Positions 18,401 to 26,957 of a stretch of 64,000 nucleotides of DNA are shown here, in pieces. A model generated the notes under the pieces. The model saw nothing but the letters and a program-made list of their open reading frames with translations, ran no database searches and was not told where the DNA came from. Source of the DNA: Candidatus Doudnabacteria bacterium (lineage in GTDB: Bacteria; Patescibacteriota; Doudnabacteria; UBA920); NCBI GenBank assembly GCA_963768175.1, contig CAVYGQ010000001.1, forward strand, positions 766,305 through 830,304, read 5' to 3'. Numbering within the stretch: position 1 is the first letter of the stretch; every line of letters begins with the position of its first letter. A program made the position numbers and the translations under genes.

Positions 18401-18925
18401 GCGGTTAGGAATAATTTTGGCGCCGTAAAAATTTTTGCCGCGAAAATTTTCGGCGGTAAAAAATACGCCCGGGGATTTAATAAGCTGATTTACCACCACG
18501 CGCTCCACGCCGTTGATAATAAAAGTGCCGCGGGGGGTCATTAACGGGAAATCGCCAAAATAAACGTCCTGGGTCTTTACTTTGCCGGTTTGTTTATTGA
18601 CTAATTTTGCCGAAACATAAAGGGGGGCTTCGTAAGTGGTGTTTCTTTCCCGGGAAGTGAACTCGTCGTACTTGGATTTATCAAAAAAATAATCGCCAAA
18701 AAACATCTCCAGGTTTTTCCCGGTAAAGTCACGGATGGGATTGATTTCTCCCAAAAGTTCCTTAAGACCTTTTTCCACAAACCACTTATAAGATATCAAC
18801 TGCACCTCTATTAAGTTGGGCAGGAGGGCGGTTTCGTGGCTTTGGGTAAAAAACTTGCGGGCAAGAGCCTTAGTTTCGGGGAACTTAACCATGGCGGAGC
18901 TCATGGTCTTAGATTTATTGGCCAT
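15404..18925 (-). CDS. rpoB: DNA-directed RNA polymerase subunit beta
   Basis: 1173 aa; conserved beta-subunit blocks including the Rif-cluster region [38 protein letters not shown]. Confidence 0.97.
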   Translation of the reverse strand: MANKSKTMSSAMVKFPETKALARKFFTQSHETALLPNLIEVQLISYKWFVEKGLKELLGEINPIRDFTGKNLEMFFGDYFFDKSKYDEFTSRERNTTYEAPLYVSAKLVNKQTGKVKTQDVYFGDFPLMTPRGTFIINGVERVVVNQLIKSPGVFFTAENFRGKNFYGAKIIPNRGAWLELDTDATGVIGVKIDRKRRIPITALLRVFGLGSNEEILAAFADVDTDPDTKYIQNTLEKDASTNPDEGYKEVYKRIRPGDLATVDNAKSLISGMFFNTERYDLSAVGRYKFNQRLHVDGNESPASALRERDRQILTKEDLVIAVREIIKLNNSQGTPDDIDHLANRRVRAVGELIQARFRVGLARMARIAKDRMSLADLDTVTPAQLIHVRPIVATMQEFFSSSQLSQFMDQTNPLAELEHKRRLSAMGPGGLSRERAGFEVRDVHHSHYGRLCPITTPEGPNIGLVAHLATYARVNNFGFIETPYRVVKKSAKNDGKDLADEISLYDIKDEKGDVIVTAGETITAGKAKEVAKNHQLLEIRIKPRVTDKIRYLDAYEEERLIIAQSNINLDDRGHFADLRASVRVRAVPTMASTDDIDYLDVSPKQIISVTTSLIPFLEHDDANRALMGSNMQRQAVSCIKPEAPIVGTGMEGKAARDSGTVVLADEDGIVTSVTGEKIIVVGEKGKKKEYPLLKFLRTNSATSINQIARVNKGQTIKKGEILADGASTDRGELALGQNVLVAFMSWEGGNYEDAVLISERLVQQDRYSSIHIDDFKIDVRDTKLGPEQVTRDIPNVGEEKLKDLDENGIIRIGAQIKAGDILVGKITPKGETDLTAEEKLLRVIFGEKSRDVKDTSLTLPHGEYGKVVNIRQFTREAGDKLQSGVIRSIQVSVAVLRKVQVGDKMAGRHGNKGVISKIIPVEDLPFMEDGTPVDIILNPLGVVSRMNLGQILETHMGMAAHRLGYKVATPVLDGVPEHKIKEELKKAGIPQDGKVTLYDGKTGEPFDEKVTVGVMYFLKLHHLVDDKMHARSTGPYSLITQQPLGGKAQFGGQRFGEMEVWALEGYGAAHTLQEMLTIKSDDVVGRSKTYEAIVKGEAIKKPNIPESFRVLVKELQSLCMDVELLGRDGAVSSAAEEPEIVVPNLPPVVPILAETSLFDDEVKKKPKKEKKK

Positions 18926-19321
18926 TAAACAGCTTATTCCGCCAAAAACGCACTTTTTGGCTTATTTAAAGATAACGTTTAAGCCTAAGGCTATGTTGAA
19001 CCAAGAATATTTTATGCTCTCTATCTCCCCGAAATCATGATTGAGGACGCAAAACATCCCCTTTTTCGCATACGCAAAAAAGGCCGGTCCAGAAGGGCTT
19101 ATAAGCTTATGAAATTGTGCATATTCTGATTTTAGCAGTCAAGCGGAATTTGTCAAGTCCGGCGCCAGCCGGACTTGTTCCCGAGCGAAGCCCTGAAAGG
19201 GCGAAGTCGAGGGATCAAGGCAAAAAAAATTTCATTTGTACCTTTATACTAACAGAAAAAAAGGTTAATTGCCAGCCGTCAATCCACAGGTAAATAAGGC
19301 CACAAAGCTTTAACTTATCAA

Positions 19322-19669
19322 CTATGCCGTACCGCTTTGCTTAATATAATCGCTAATCCGCTGCTGGTCTTCCCTCGCTTGCTCACCTTTAAAATACAGT
19401 TCAATAAAGACTATTTCTTTCTTGTTGGGGTGATAGGCATAAATTATCCTTAGTGTATTTTTCTTCAAAAATCGGCAAAAAAATCGCGCTTTGGCAATTT
19501 TTAACTCGCTGTTTTGGAATAAAACAGCAAAATGCTTGTCAGTTCCAAGCGGCACTTCTTCCAAAACTTTCTTGAACACTTCCAAATCTTCGGGCAGGGA
19601 AAGGTATTTTTTGCCCAGCCGTTTGCAATTTTTGGTAAATTCAGGTAATTCATTAAAGTTCATCGTCAT
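19322..19669 (-). CDS. RelE/ParE-superfamily (HigB-like) toxin; start assumed at the internal ATG (MTMNFNEL), overlapping the upstream antitoxin stop
   Basis: C-terminal RIIYAYHPNKKEIVFIELYFKGE pattern typical of RelE/ParE; 17-nt overlap with the HTH gene. Confidence 0.5.
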   Translation of the reverse strand: MTMNFNELPEFTKNCKRLGKKYLSLPEDLEVFKKVLEEVPLGTDKHFAVLFQNSELKIAKARFFCRFLKKNTLRIIYAYHPNKKEIVFIELYFKGEQAREDQQRISDYIKQSGTA

Positions 19670-20429
19670 AATTGCGGACCGAATGTTCCTGATCACGGTA
19701 AAAAACACTTTCGTAATCTATTGCTTCTCCGGGTTTATGAACCATCCAAGGTATATCTGAATGGGAATATTTGCTTAATTCCGAAGCGGATTTATCGGAA
19801 AGCCGGTTTAACACCTCGTCAATATGTGCCAATTCCCGCGCGGACAATACTGTTAAATCCGCCTCTTCTCTCGGTAAGTATTTTTTTTGCTCATACTGAA
19901 AATAGCTGCTTTTAACTTTTTCCAGTTCATTTTGCGCTTCCATTTCTTTAACCAAACTCGAAAATTCCCTGGGAGTGGGTCCAAAATGATTGCGGATATA
20001 AGTCGCGCCGGTTAATTGTTCCTCAAACTTTTCATAAAAATCAAAATCAACAAAATATAACAACTTATAAAGTGCAGTTTCACCTATGTTGGGTTTGGCG
20101 CCGACTTTCCCCAAAATATATAACAAAACACTTTTAAATTTGTCAACGTTCAACTTGGGGACATTAATTCTAACTTCATTTTCAATTTCCGATTTTTTTG
20201 CCCTATTATCTAATTTTACCTTATGCTCGATAGGCGAAATTTGCGCCAAAAAATCGTCTAAAGGCAAACCAAAAAGCTCCGCGAGTTTTTGAGCTTCAGA
20301 TACTGTTAGCTCCCTTTCCCCTTTTTCTATTTGCATATAAGTGGGGCGAGAGACATTAATTTTTTGGGACACAAAATTCTGGGAAAATTTCGCATTTTCC
20401 CTCAATTTTTTGAGATATAGTCCAGTCAT
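19653..20429 (-). CDS. XRE-family HTH antitoxin-like protein with a C-terminal roughly 170-aa domain (possibly DUF4065/Panacea-type)
   Basis: N-terminal LYLKKLRENAKFSQNFVSQKINVSRPTYMQIEKGERELTVSEAQKLAELFGL HTH_XRE; first gene of a two-gene operon behind a consensus promoter. Confidence 0.6.
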   Translation of the reverse strand: MTGLYLKKLRENAKFSQNFVSQKINVSRPTYMQIEKGERELTVSEAQKLAELFGLPLDDFLAQISPIEHKVKLDNRAKKSEIENEVRINVPKLNVDKFKSVLLYILGKVGAKPNIGETALYKLLYFVDFDFYEKFEEQLTGATYIRNHFGPTPREFSSLVKEMEAQNELEKVKSSYFQYEQKKYLPREEADLTVLSARELAHIDEVLNRLSDKSASELSKYSHSDIPWMVHKPGEAIDYESVFYRDQEHSVRNYDDEL

Positions 20430-20460
20430 AGGGCTTAATCCTTTATTATTACTTTTCTTA

Positions 20461-20488
20461 ATTATATCAAAGTTAAACTATTTGTCAA
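20461..20488 (-). promoter_or_regulatory. consensus sigma70 promoter TTGACA-16-TATAAT for the toxin-antitoxin operon
   Basis: Reverse complement reads ttgacaaatagtttaactttgatataat; about 25 nt upstream of the HTH gene start. Confidence 0.55.
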
Positions 20489-20603
20489 TAGCTATAGTAA
20501 ATAACCTTTACAAATCATCAATTCCCTGCTAAACTATAAGGTAAGGTGGAGGCCAATAACCGAAACCAAAACTAATAATTAACTTGCTATGAAAGGAGCA
20601 AAT

Positions 20604-20765
20604 ATGCCAAAGCAACATCGTCACGTTGTCGATTTTGTGGCCCACAAGAAAGTTAAGGAGCCTGTAGAAGTCACTTTTGTGACCAATAAGGGTAAAGTAG
20701 TGGATTTTCCGGCCCACAAAAAAGTCAAAGAACCTGTGGAAGTCAGGTTCAAGGCCAAAGATTAA
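20604..20765 (+). CDS. 53-aa protein with two tandem 17-aa repeats (VDFVAHKKVKEPVEVTF / VDFPAHKKVKEPVEVRF)
   Basis: aaaggagc RBS 4 nt upstream of the ATG; strong terminator immediately downstream; not in the track (under 60 aa). Confidence 0.4.
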   Translation: MPKQHRHVVDFVAHKKVKEPVEVTFVTNKGKVVDFPAHKKVKEPVEVRFKAKD

Positions 20766-20796
20766 ATTAACTTCAAAAAAATGAAATCAAAATTTT

Positions 20797-20836
20797 AAAA
20801 GGCCGCGGCCAAAATAGTCGCGGCCTTTTATTTTGT
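20797..20836. terminator. intrinsic terminator (11-bp perfect stem aaaaggccgcg/cgcggcctttt); also serves the convergent DUF262-HNH gene
   Basis: Perfect GC-rich stem with a U-tract. Confidence 0.7.
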
Positions 20837-20843
20837 ATATTTT

Positions 20844-21935
20844 TTATTTTCCGGATTTAGTTCTATTATCATCTACGCACAGCATCTGGCAATTTTCCGC
20901 CGTAGTCGCCCCTCCCTTGCTCCACGGTTTGATATGGTCGGCTTCCATTTCGGAAATATCATATTCTTTTTTACAAAACGGGCAAATGCCGTTTTGCCGC
21001 TCATACGCCTCACGCTTCATTTTGTCGGTAAAAGCACGGATTGAAAGGTATTTTTCTTGTCTCGTTAAAATATATGGGTAAATACCGGATTTTTTAGTTA
21101 CATCTTCGTCCTGCATTAACTCTTTAATTTCGGCTTCCAGTTTGCCGACATTCTGTTTCTTGTCTTTAAATTCGTTATACAGTTCGCCCCACTCTACACT
21201 ATTCATTTCCCGGCGATAATTCGTAAAAGTTTTTCGCACCCAATCAATTACTTCTTGAAAATACTCCCATAACTCATCGGCATTTTTATTATGCTGATGC
21301 TTAGCCATGTAATCTTCTATTTTGCCGTTGTTAATCCATGAAAGCGCGGTTTCCAAATATTCCTGCCGAATTGGCGAACCGCTTACCAACTGCCCGCCGT
21401 CGTTGGCCAGCAGATACGCCGCGCAATGCGTTTTGCTGAACTTTAGTTTTGCGTCACTAAGCCACGGCCCTGTGTAAACCGCGTTACGGATTTCCTGGTC
21501 GGTAAGTTTTTCGCCGGCGATGTTAATAATCCTGAACCAATCCAGCCGCTCTTTATCCGTGCCCTCGCAAAAATAAATCATCAGCTCGTAATCCAAAATC
21601 CGGTTTTGTTCTTCGTCGGTTAGATTATGAAAATACATCTCGTTAAGTGAAAAATCACCGGCAACATATTGCCCGATGCTAATGGTGCGCTGTTGGCCGT
21701 CCAAAACTTCAAAATTGCCGGAATCATTTTTCATCCAGTACATTACATTAAGCGGGAAGCCATTTTTGATGGTTTTAATAACGGCATTGCGCTGCTGCTC
21801 CTTATAAACAAACTCCCGCTGATATTTTGGCCGGATATCCAGCTTGCCGCTAAAAGCTACTACGCCCTCCTCGGCGCTGTCTTTATAACCAGCAATTACT
21901 TTTCGTATAGTGATGCGATGTAAATCTATTTTCAT
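20844..21935 (-). CDS. DUF262 (ParB/Srx-like, DGQQR motif) plus C-terminal HNH nuclease; GmrSD-like candidate restriction component
   Basis: LDGQQRTISI motif; HNH signature CPFCKKEY...ADHIKPWSKGG...NCQMLCVDDNRTK. Confidence 0.7.
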   Translation of the reverse strand: MKIDLHRITIRKVIAGYKDSAEEGVVAFSGKLDIRPKYQREFVYKEQQRNAVIKTIKNGFPLNVMYWMKNDSGNFEVLDGQQRTISIGQYVAGDFSLNEMYFHNLTDEEQNRILDYELMIYFCEGTDKERLDWFRIINIAGEKLTDQEIRNAVYTGPWLSDAKLKFSKTHCAAYLLANDGGQLVSGSPIRQEYLETALSWINNGKIEDYMAKHQHNKNADELWEYFQEVIDWVRKTFTNYRREMNSVEWGELYNEFKDKKQNVGKLEAEIKELMQDEDVTKKSGIYPYILTRQEKYLSIRAFTDKMKREAYERQNGICPFCKKEYDISEMEADHIKPWSKGGATTAENCQMLCVDDNRTKSGK

Positions 21936-21936
21936 A

Positions 21937-23004
21937 CTAATTGATTACTTTCTTATTTTTTATGATAACTCGCGCGTAAGGAACGTCAACGGCTCCATTT
22001 GTAATCATGTACAAATCACCATCAACAGCTCCTCTTTTTTGAATTTCTTTCCTGTATTTTTTGTGGTTTTCTTTATAGGGCTTAACCCCAATTTCTATTC
22101 CCGAATTGGATATTCCCAAACCGATAATCTCAAATTGCTCCGGATTATATTTATCAAGAAAGGTAATAGGCACCCCTATAGCACCATTGTAGTCTGCCGG
22201 GATTTCAGAAGTTTTATTAACGTTAATAGCATCAAAATTTTCATACTTGGGATATTCTGTGGGAGTATATTTTTTATAAAGTAAAAAATTTTCATGACGC
22301 TCTTCGTAATCAAGGTTTGTAAACCAACGCACGCCTTTAACGCGAATATACTTGTGCCCATCCGCATCAACACGATAACTTGCCGCGTTCAGAGGATAAT
22401 CATCTGGTACCTGAAATTCACGATCGCCGCTATGGATACTCGCTCCAAGCCACATATTATTTTCTTTTATTAACTTAAAACACTCTTTATAAGTAATTGC
22501 ATTTACATTTCCAATTATCAAAAATTTCTTATTGTACTCCACCAACTGCGCAATATATTCTCTTAACAAAGAAAACGGCGGGTTGGTTACCACGATGTCG
22601 GCTTCTTTCAGCAGTTCAATACACTCCTGGCTTCGGAAGTCACCGGTGCCTATCATTTTGGTCATAAAATCATGCGGGTCGGGAACACGGCTGCCCTTTT
22701 TGCCGCCGGTGTATTCCAGTTTATATGGCGGTTCGTGGGTAAAAAGGTTGGCTTCTTTGTAATGAGTGGCAATGAGTTTCTTAAGTCCCAGTTCCGCAAA
22801 ATTTATGCTAAAATATTTCACAAAATTGCTTTCTTTCGGGTCGTCGCAATTACAAAACACCACTTTACCGCGAAACTGGTCTTTGTAGTGCTTAAGCTCG
22901 TTTTCAATATCGGCAAGCTGGGTATAAAATTCGTCTTTTTTTGCCCTGCTAGCCGTATGTAGATTTTTGTTTAAAAATTTCTTTTCCATGATTATTTTTA
23001 CCAA
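21937..23004 (-). CDS. putative N6-adenine DNA methyltransferase (gamma-like motif order: DEFYTQ motif X, then NPPF motif IV)
   Basis: DIVVTNPPFSLL (NPPF); N-terminal DEFYTQL resembling the (G/D)xFYTP AdoMet-region motif; lies upstream of the DUF262-HNH gene. Confidence 0.6.
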   Translation of the reverse strand: MVKIIMEKKFLNKNLHTASRAKKDEFYTQLADIENELKHYKDQFRGKVVFCNCDDPKESNFVKYFSINFAELGLKKLIATHYKEANLFTHEPPYKLEYTGGKKGSRVPDPHDFMTKMIGTGDFRSQECIELLKEADIVVTNPPFSLLREYIAQLVEYNKKFLIIGNVNAITYKECFKLIKENNMWLGASIHSGDREFQVPDDYPLNAASYRVDADGHKYIRVKGVRWFTNLDYEERHENFLLYKKYTPTEYPKYENFDAINVNKTSEIPADYNGAIGVPITFLDKYNPEQFEIIGLGISNSGIEIGVKPYKENHKKYRKEIQKRGAVDGDLYMITNGAVDVPYARVIIKNKKVIN

Positions 23005-23104
23005 TCCCTGATTATCAACTGCTTGCCTTTGGTAGTGTATATAAAGCCATTATATCACCAACATCAGGCTTATTCAAAGGAGTTAAAAATGCTATAATGT
23101 CCCT

Positions 23105-24136
23105 ATGGACAATGTTATTGAAGTGCAAAACCTAAAAAAAGTCTACCCCTCGCCCAAAGGCAAACAGCCACTGGAAGCTTTAAAGGGTGTGTCTTTTTTT
23201 GTGGAAAAAGGCGAGGTCTTCGGCATTTTGGGACCCAACGGCGCGGGGAAGACCACGACTCTGGAAATTATAGAATGTTTAAAACCGCAGACTTCCGGGG
23301 AAGTTGCGGTTTTGGGGTTTGATAATGTTAAATCTCCCGATGATATAAAAAAACGCATCGGCGTGCAGCTGCAGTCCAGCCAATATTTGCATCATTTATC
23401 TTTAGGGGAACTGCTGGATTTGTTTGCCTCATTTTATGGAAATAAATCACCCCTCCCTAACCCTCCCCCTCCAGGGGAGGGAATAAACACCGCAATAAGT
23501 TCCTCCCCCTTGAGGGGGGAGGCTAGGTGGGGGTGGACAAAGGATGATAAAAAAAACCTATTACAGCTAGTGAGCTTAGAAGACAAAGAACATGCCGAAT
23601 TTGCCAACCTTTCCGGCGGGCAAAAGCAGCGCTTCACCATTGCCACCTCCTTGGTGCATGAGCCACAAATTTTGTTTTTGGACGAACCCACCACCGGGCT
23701 TGACCCGAAAGCGCGGCGCGACATGTGGCAACTGGTTAAGACCATTAATGCCCGCTCAATCACTATTGTCTTAACCACGCACTACATGGAAGAGGCGGAA
23801 TTTTTATGCCACCGCGTGGCCATTATGGACCAGGGGAAAATTTTGGAAATTGACGAGCCAAAAAAATTAATAGACCGCCTGTCGGAAACCACGCAGATTT
23901 CCTTTTTTACGGACAGCCGCCTTGACCAAAACTTTTTCCGCACATTGCCGGAAATAAAAAAAATCCACGCCAGCTATCCCAAAGTCATTTTGGAAATCAC
24001 TTCTTTGGATAAAATTTCCGCGGTGGTAAATTTATTAAAACAGCACAGCATAGTTTTTTATGGATTTACCGTCAAAACCGCCACTTTGGAAGACGTCTAT
24101 TTGAAACTTACGGGAAAGGAGTATGAAGAAGAATAA
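23105..24136 (+). CDS. ABC transporter ATP-binding protein with an in-frame 30-aa insertion encoded by a palindromic element
   Basis: Walker A GPNGAGKTTT; signature LSGGQKQR; Walker B ILFLDEPTTGLD; the insertion NKSPLPNPPPPGEGINTAISSSPLRGEARWGW sits between the Q-loop region and the signature. Confidence 0.9.
   Translation: MDNVIEVQNLKKVYPSPKGKQPLEALKGVSFFVEKGEVFGILGPNGAGKTTTLEIIECLKPQTSGEVAVLGFDNVKSPDDIKKRIGVQLQSSQYLHHLSLGELLDLFASFYGNKSPLPNPPPPGEGINTAISSSPLRGEARWGWTKDDKKNLLQLVSLEDKEHAEFANLSGGQKQRFTIATSLVHEPQILFLDEPTTGLDPKARRDMWQLVKTINARSITIVLTTHYMEEAEFLCHRVAIMDQGKILEIDEPKKLIDRLSETTQISFFTDSRLDQNFFRTLPEIKKIHASYPKVILEITSLDKISAVVNLLKQHSIVFYGFTVKTATLEDVYLKLTGKEYEEE
23448..23536. repeat. full-length C/G-rich palindromic element (89 bp; terminal inverted repeats cacccctccctaa / ctaggtgggggtg; two internal hairpins) inserted in-frame in the ABC ATPase gene
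   Basis: ccctcccc-ctcca-ggggaggg and cctccccc-ttga-gggggagg hairpins; GC composition far above the host gene. Confidence 0.75.
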
Positions 24137-24149
24137 TTAACCGACACCA

Positions 24150-24220
24150 ATACGCAAATTGGACGCGAATGATGCTAATTCGTATCATTAGCGTGACATT
24201 CGTAGATTAGCGTCGCCTAT
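24150..24220 (+). promoter_or_regulatory. conserved roughly 70-bp CGAAT-rich leader ending GTCGCCTATATG (start codon included); paralogous to 54450..54527
   Basis: About 85% identical to the ruvB leader; contains the palindromes acgaattcgt and gctaat-tcgtatc-attagc. Confidence 0.5.
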
Positions 24221-24964
24221 ATGAAATCTTTTATTGAATTATTCAAGGCAAATTTCAAAATGTTCTACCGGGAAAAGGAAGGCTTTTACTGGACGGTGTT
24301 AATGCCAACTTTTATTTACATCGCCCTGTCCATTTTGCCGATTGGCAAAACCATTGGCGTCAATTTAAAATACTCCAGCTACGTGCTCCCGGGCATTATT
24401 GCCATGACTATTATGCAAGGCGGCATTTACAGCCTGGCTTATTGGATGGTGGACTTAAAGTCCCGCGGCATTATTAAGCGCCTGCTGGCCACCCCGCTTA
24501 AGCAGTGGCAACTGGCCTTGAGCCTGGTTGGCGCCAGGCTGGTAGTGGTAATTTTCCAGGTAATTATTCTAACCCTGCTGGGGATTTTAATTTTTCATGC
24601 CAGCTTTGCCGGCAACGTAACATCCACGCTTGTTTTGGTGCTCTTGGGCGGCGCGATTTTTTTGCTCTGCGGCCTGCTCATTTCCACTTTCGCCAAAAGC
24701 TATGACGCCGCCGCGCCGATTACCTCGGCTATTGCCCTGCCGCTGACTTTTTTGGGAAACATTTTTTACCCCATAGAAGCACTGCCTAAGGCCTTGCAAA
24801 TTTTTGCGCGCCTTTTGCCCATTACCTATCTGGCCGACGGCCTGCGCCAGGCATACTTGTATCCGTTTAACTTTGCCGTGATTGGCAAAGATATTTTTAT
24901 TCTTGCTTTGTGGCTGATAGGGATGCTGGTTGTGACCATATCGCTATTTAGATTAAAAGAATAG
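24221..24964 (+). CDS. ABC-2 family transporter permease
   Basis: Six hydrophobic segments; follows the ABC ATPase in the same operon. Confidence 0.75.
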   Translation: MKSFIELFKANFKMFYREKEGFYWTVLMPTFIYIALSILPIGKTIGVNLKYSSYVLPGIIAMTIMQGGIYSLAYWMVDLKSRGIIKRLLATPLKQWQLALSLVGARLVVVIFQVIILTLLGILIFHASFAGNVTSTLVLVLLGGAIFLLCGLLISTFAKSYDAAAPITSAIALPLTFLGNIFYPIEALPKALQIFARLLPITYLADGLRQAYLYPFNFAVIGKDIFILALWLIGMLVVTISLFRLKE

Positions 24965-24984
24965 GCGGCCTTCAACAAGTCAAC

Positions 24985-25029
24985 AAGGGGCATCCTTGCA
25001 CAGTGCAAGGATGCCCCTTGTTTTATTTA
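24985..25029. terminator. intrinsic terminator (17-bp perfect palindrome aaggggcatccttgcac|gtgcaaggatgcccctt plus U-tract)
   Basis: Perfect hairpin followed by ttgttttattt. Confidence 0.75.
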
Positions 25030-25332
25030 CTACCTGATAACAAATTTTTCTTTAGCTACTGCTTTTATCGGCACATTCCAAGTAAAACCCAAAGCCAAAG
25101 CGTGGGTCACCCCCACGCGCACGCCGGTGTAGGAGCCGGGGCCTTTGTTGACCACGATTTTTGATATAAAATTGTGTTTTATTTTATGCGCTTTTAGAAA
25201 TTTATCCAAAAATCCCAACGTTTCATGCGACTTGTATGGATTGATTTTATAAGATCGCTTGATAATTTTCCCGCTATCAGCAACGCCAAACGTAACACTG
25301 CTAAAATCCGTTGTGTCAATGTATAGAATCAT
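25030..25332 (-). CDS. tsaB: TsaB/YeaZ-like N-terminal domain protein (about 100 aa, truncated relative to canonical TsaB); the track ORF extends into the MITE via a GTG start
   Basis: MILYIDTTDFSSVTFGVAD...NKGPGSYTGVRVGVTHA (GPGSFTGxRIG-like motif). Confidence 0.55.
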   Translation of the reverse strand: MILYIDTTDFSSVTFGVADSGKIIKRSYKINPYKSHETLGFLDKFLKAHKIKHNFISKIVVNKGPGSYTGVRVGVTHALALGFTWNVPIKAVAKEKFVIR

Positions 25333-25347
25333 AGCTACCTCTTCCAA

Positions 25348-25433
25348 GGCGTCATTCTGAGCCCGAATGCATCTGAAGGCGAAGAATCTTTTATGAGATC
25401 CTTCGGTCGGATGCACTCCCTCAGGATGACACC
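25348..25433. mobile_element. MITE-like element copy 2 (86 bp)
   Basis: ggcgtcattctgag ... ctcaggatgacacc terminal inverted repeats; internal atgagatccttcggtcggatgcac. Confidence 0.75.
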
Positions 25434-26761
25434 ATTGATGTTAGCTTCCCCAATTCTTCCCGCACCACGCTTACGTCGTCCCAGTCAATTCTCTTATTGC
25501 CCGGCAAAACCAAAAACTGCTCGCTGCCTTTACCGGTAACTAACACCAAATCGTCTTTTCCCGCAATTGATATGGCACGGCTAATAGCTTGCCTGCGATC
25601 CAAAATTGTTTTAACATTTTTCACTTTTAACTTTCCACTTTCAACTTGTCTAATCCCCTGTTCAATGTTGGCCACAATCTCCTGAGGATTGGAGTAGTAG
25701 ACATCATCGTTGGTTACTATTATTTGGTCAGCAAACTTGGCACTAATCTTACCAAACTCAAACCGTTTTGAAGTATCGCGGTGCCCGCCGGTAGACCCGA
25801 ATACGTGAATTAATTTATTATGCGGCATTGCATTAGCCGCTTCCAAAGCGGCTTTAAAACTTGCCGGCTCACAGCCATAATCCACCAAAACGGTGAAACC
25901 CAGACTGTTGGGTACGTCCTCCATTCGGCCGCGCACGCCGCGAAAACTTTTTAAAGCCTCGGCCGACTTTGACAAATCTACACCCAGCATATTGGCACAA
26001 GCAGCCGCCAAAGCAGCATTTTGCGCGTTAAAATTACCCGGCAAATTCAGCACAAAGGGTACGCTATTGACCTGAAATTCAGTCGTAATTCCCTGCTTGG
26101 TCAACAAAGCATAAAAAACTTTTTGCGCGTCTCCTCCTTCAAGACGATTAAAACTTACACCAAACTTTTTGTCGGCCGGAGAGCTTAAAAAATAGTCCGC
26201 TTCTTTATCGTCCAAATTCACGCCCACCATTTTTTGCGGAAAAAATTTCTTTTTTTGGCTTTTACCGATGCCGACGAACAGCTTGCGCTTGGCCTGCCGG
26301 TAATTCACCAAACCTCCGTGCGCTTCCAAATGCGCGCTTGAGAAATTGGTGAACACGGCCATATCAAAATTTATCCCCCAATGCCGGTTTTGGGCCAGTC
26401 CTTCCGAAGTACACTCTATAATTGCCACCTTGCATTTATTTACGGCCATGGCATGCAGCTGCCTTTGTAATTTAATTTCATTGGGCATACTAAGGCCGTG
26501 CTTGTTAACGTAATCCTCTTCACCGTCAAAAAAATTCACGGTGGTAATGTACCCGGTCTTAAACCCGGCAAAGTTTAAAATATGCGCCAGCATGGCGGTG
26601 GTGGTAGATTTCCCGGTAGTGCCCGTTATACCCACAATAATCAACCGCTCGCTGGGACGGTCAAAATAAATATTGGCGTCCCAAGCCAAAAGGCCGTGAT
26701 ACCAAGGCCGAATTGCCTTAAGCAAGCTTTCAGGAATCAACGATTTAAGAAGTTTCTTCAT
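25421..26761 (-). CDS. Mur ligase family protein (MurE/MurF-like core with a very short N-terminal domain)
   Basis: P-loop GITGTTGKSTT; MurE/F-type motif GNFNAQNAALAAACANMLGV; C-terminal GKGSEQFLVL (Mur ligase C domain). Confidence 0.7.
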   Translation of the reverse strand: MKKLLKSLIPESLLKAIRPWYHGLLAWDANIYFDRPSERLIIVGITGTTGKSTTTAMLAHILNFAGFKTGYITTVNFFDGEEDYVNKHGLSMPNEIKLQRQLHAMAVNKCKVAIIECTSEGLAQNRHWGINFDMAVFTNFSSAHLEAHGGLVNYRQAKRKLFVGIGKSQKKKFFPQKMVGVNLDDKEADYFLSSPADKKFGVSFNRLEGGDAQKVFYALLTKQGITTEFQVNSVPFVLNLPGNFNAQNAALAAACANMLGVDLSKSAEALKSFRGVRGRMEDVPNSLGFTVLVDYGCEPASFKAALEAANAMPHNKLIHVFGSTGGHRDTSKRFEFGKISAKFADQIIVTNDDVYYSNPQEIVANIEQGIRQVESGKLKVKNVKTILDRRQAISRAISIAGKDDLVLVTGKGSEQFLVLPGNKRIDWDDVSVVREELGKLTSMVSS

Positions 26762-26957
26762 GACTAACCTATTATAGCTTAAATAGCCAAAAAGCTAAAA
26801 GTGTCTTATAATAAATCCAGCACTTTCCAGCATACACTAAAATTAAACCCTAAAAATAAATGGTTTCAAAATTACTTCCTATAGGCTGAAAGCTCTATGG
26901 GAAAGTGCTGGATAAAGCAAAGGTTCCCTTTTTGATACAAAATTTCTGTTAGGGCGT

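Noticed and set aside
19141-19215. Possible tRNA in the GC-rich hairpin cluster upstream of rpoB
   Set aside because: No cloverleaf can be drawn (no T-loop GTTCRANYC, no D-arm or anticodon-arm spacing). It is more likely an rpoB leader or attenuator structure.
25333-25416. N-terminal 28 codons of the tracked tsaB ORF (and similarly 29153-29260 of the FemAB ORF)
   Set aside because: These codons are encoded by MITE-like repeat sequence and begin at non-ATG starts. Homology to TsaB and FemAB begins at the internal ATG.
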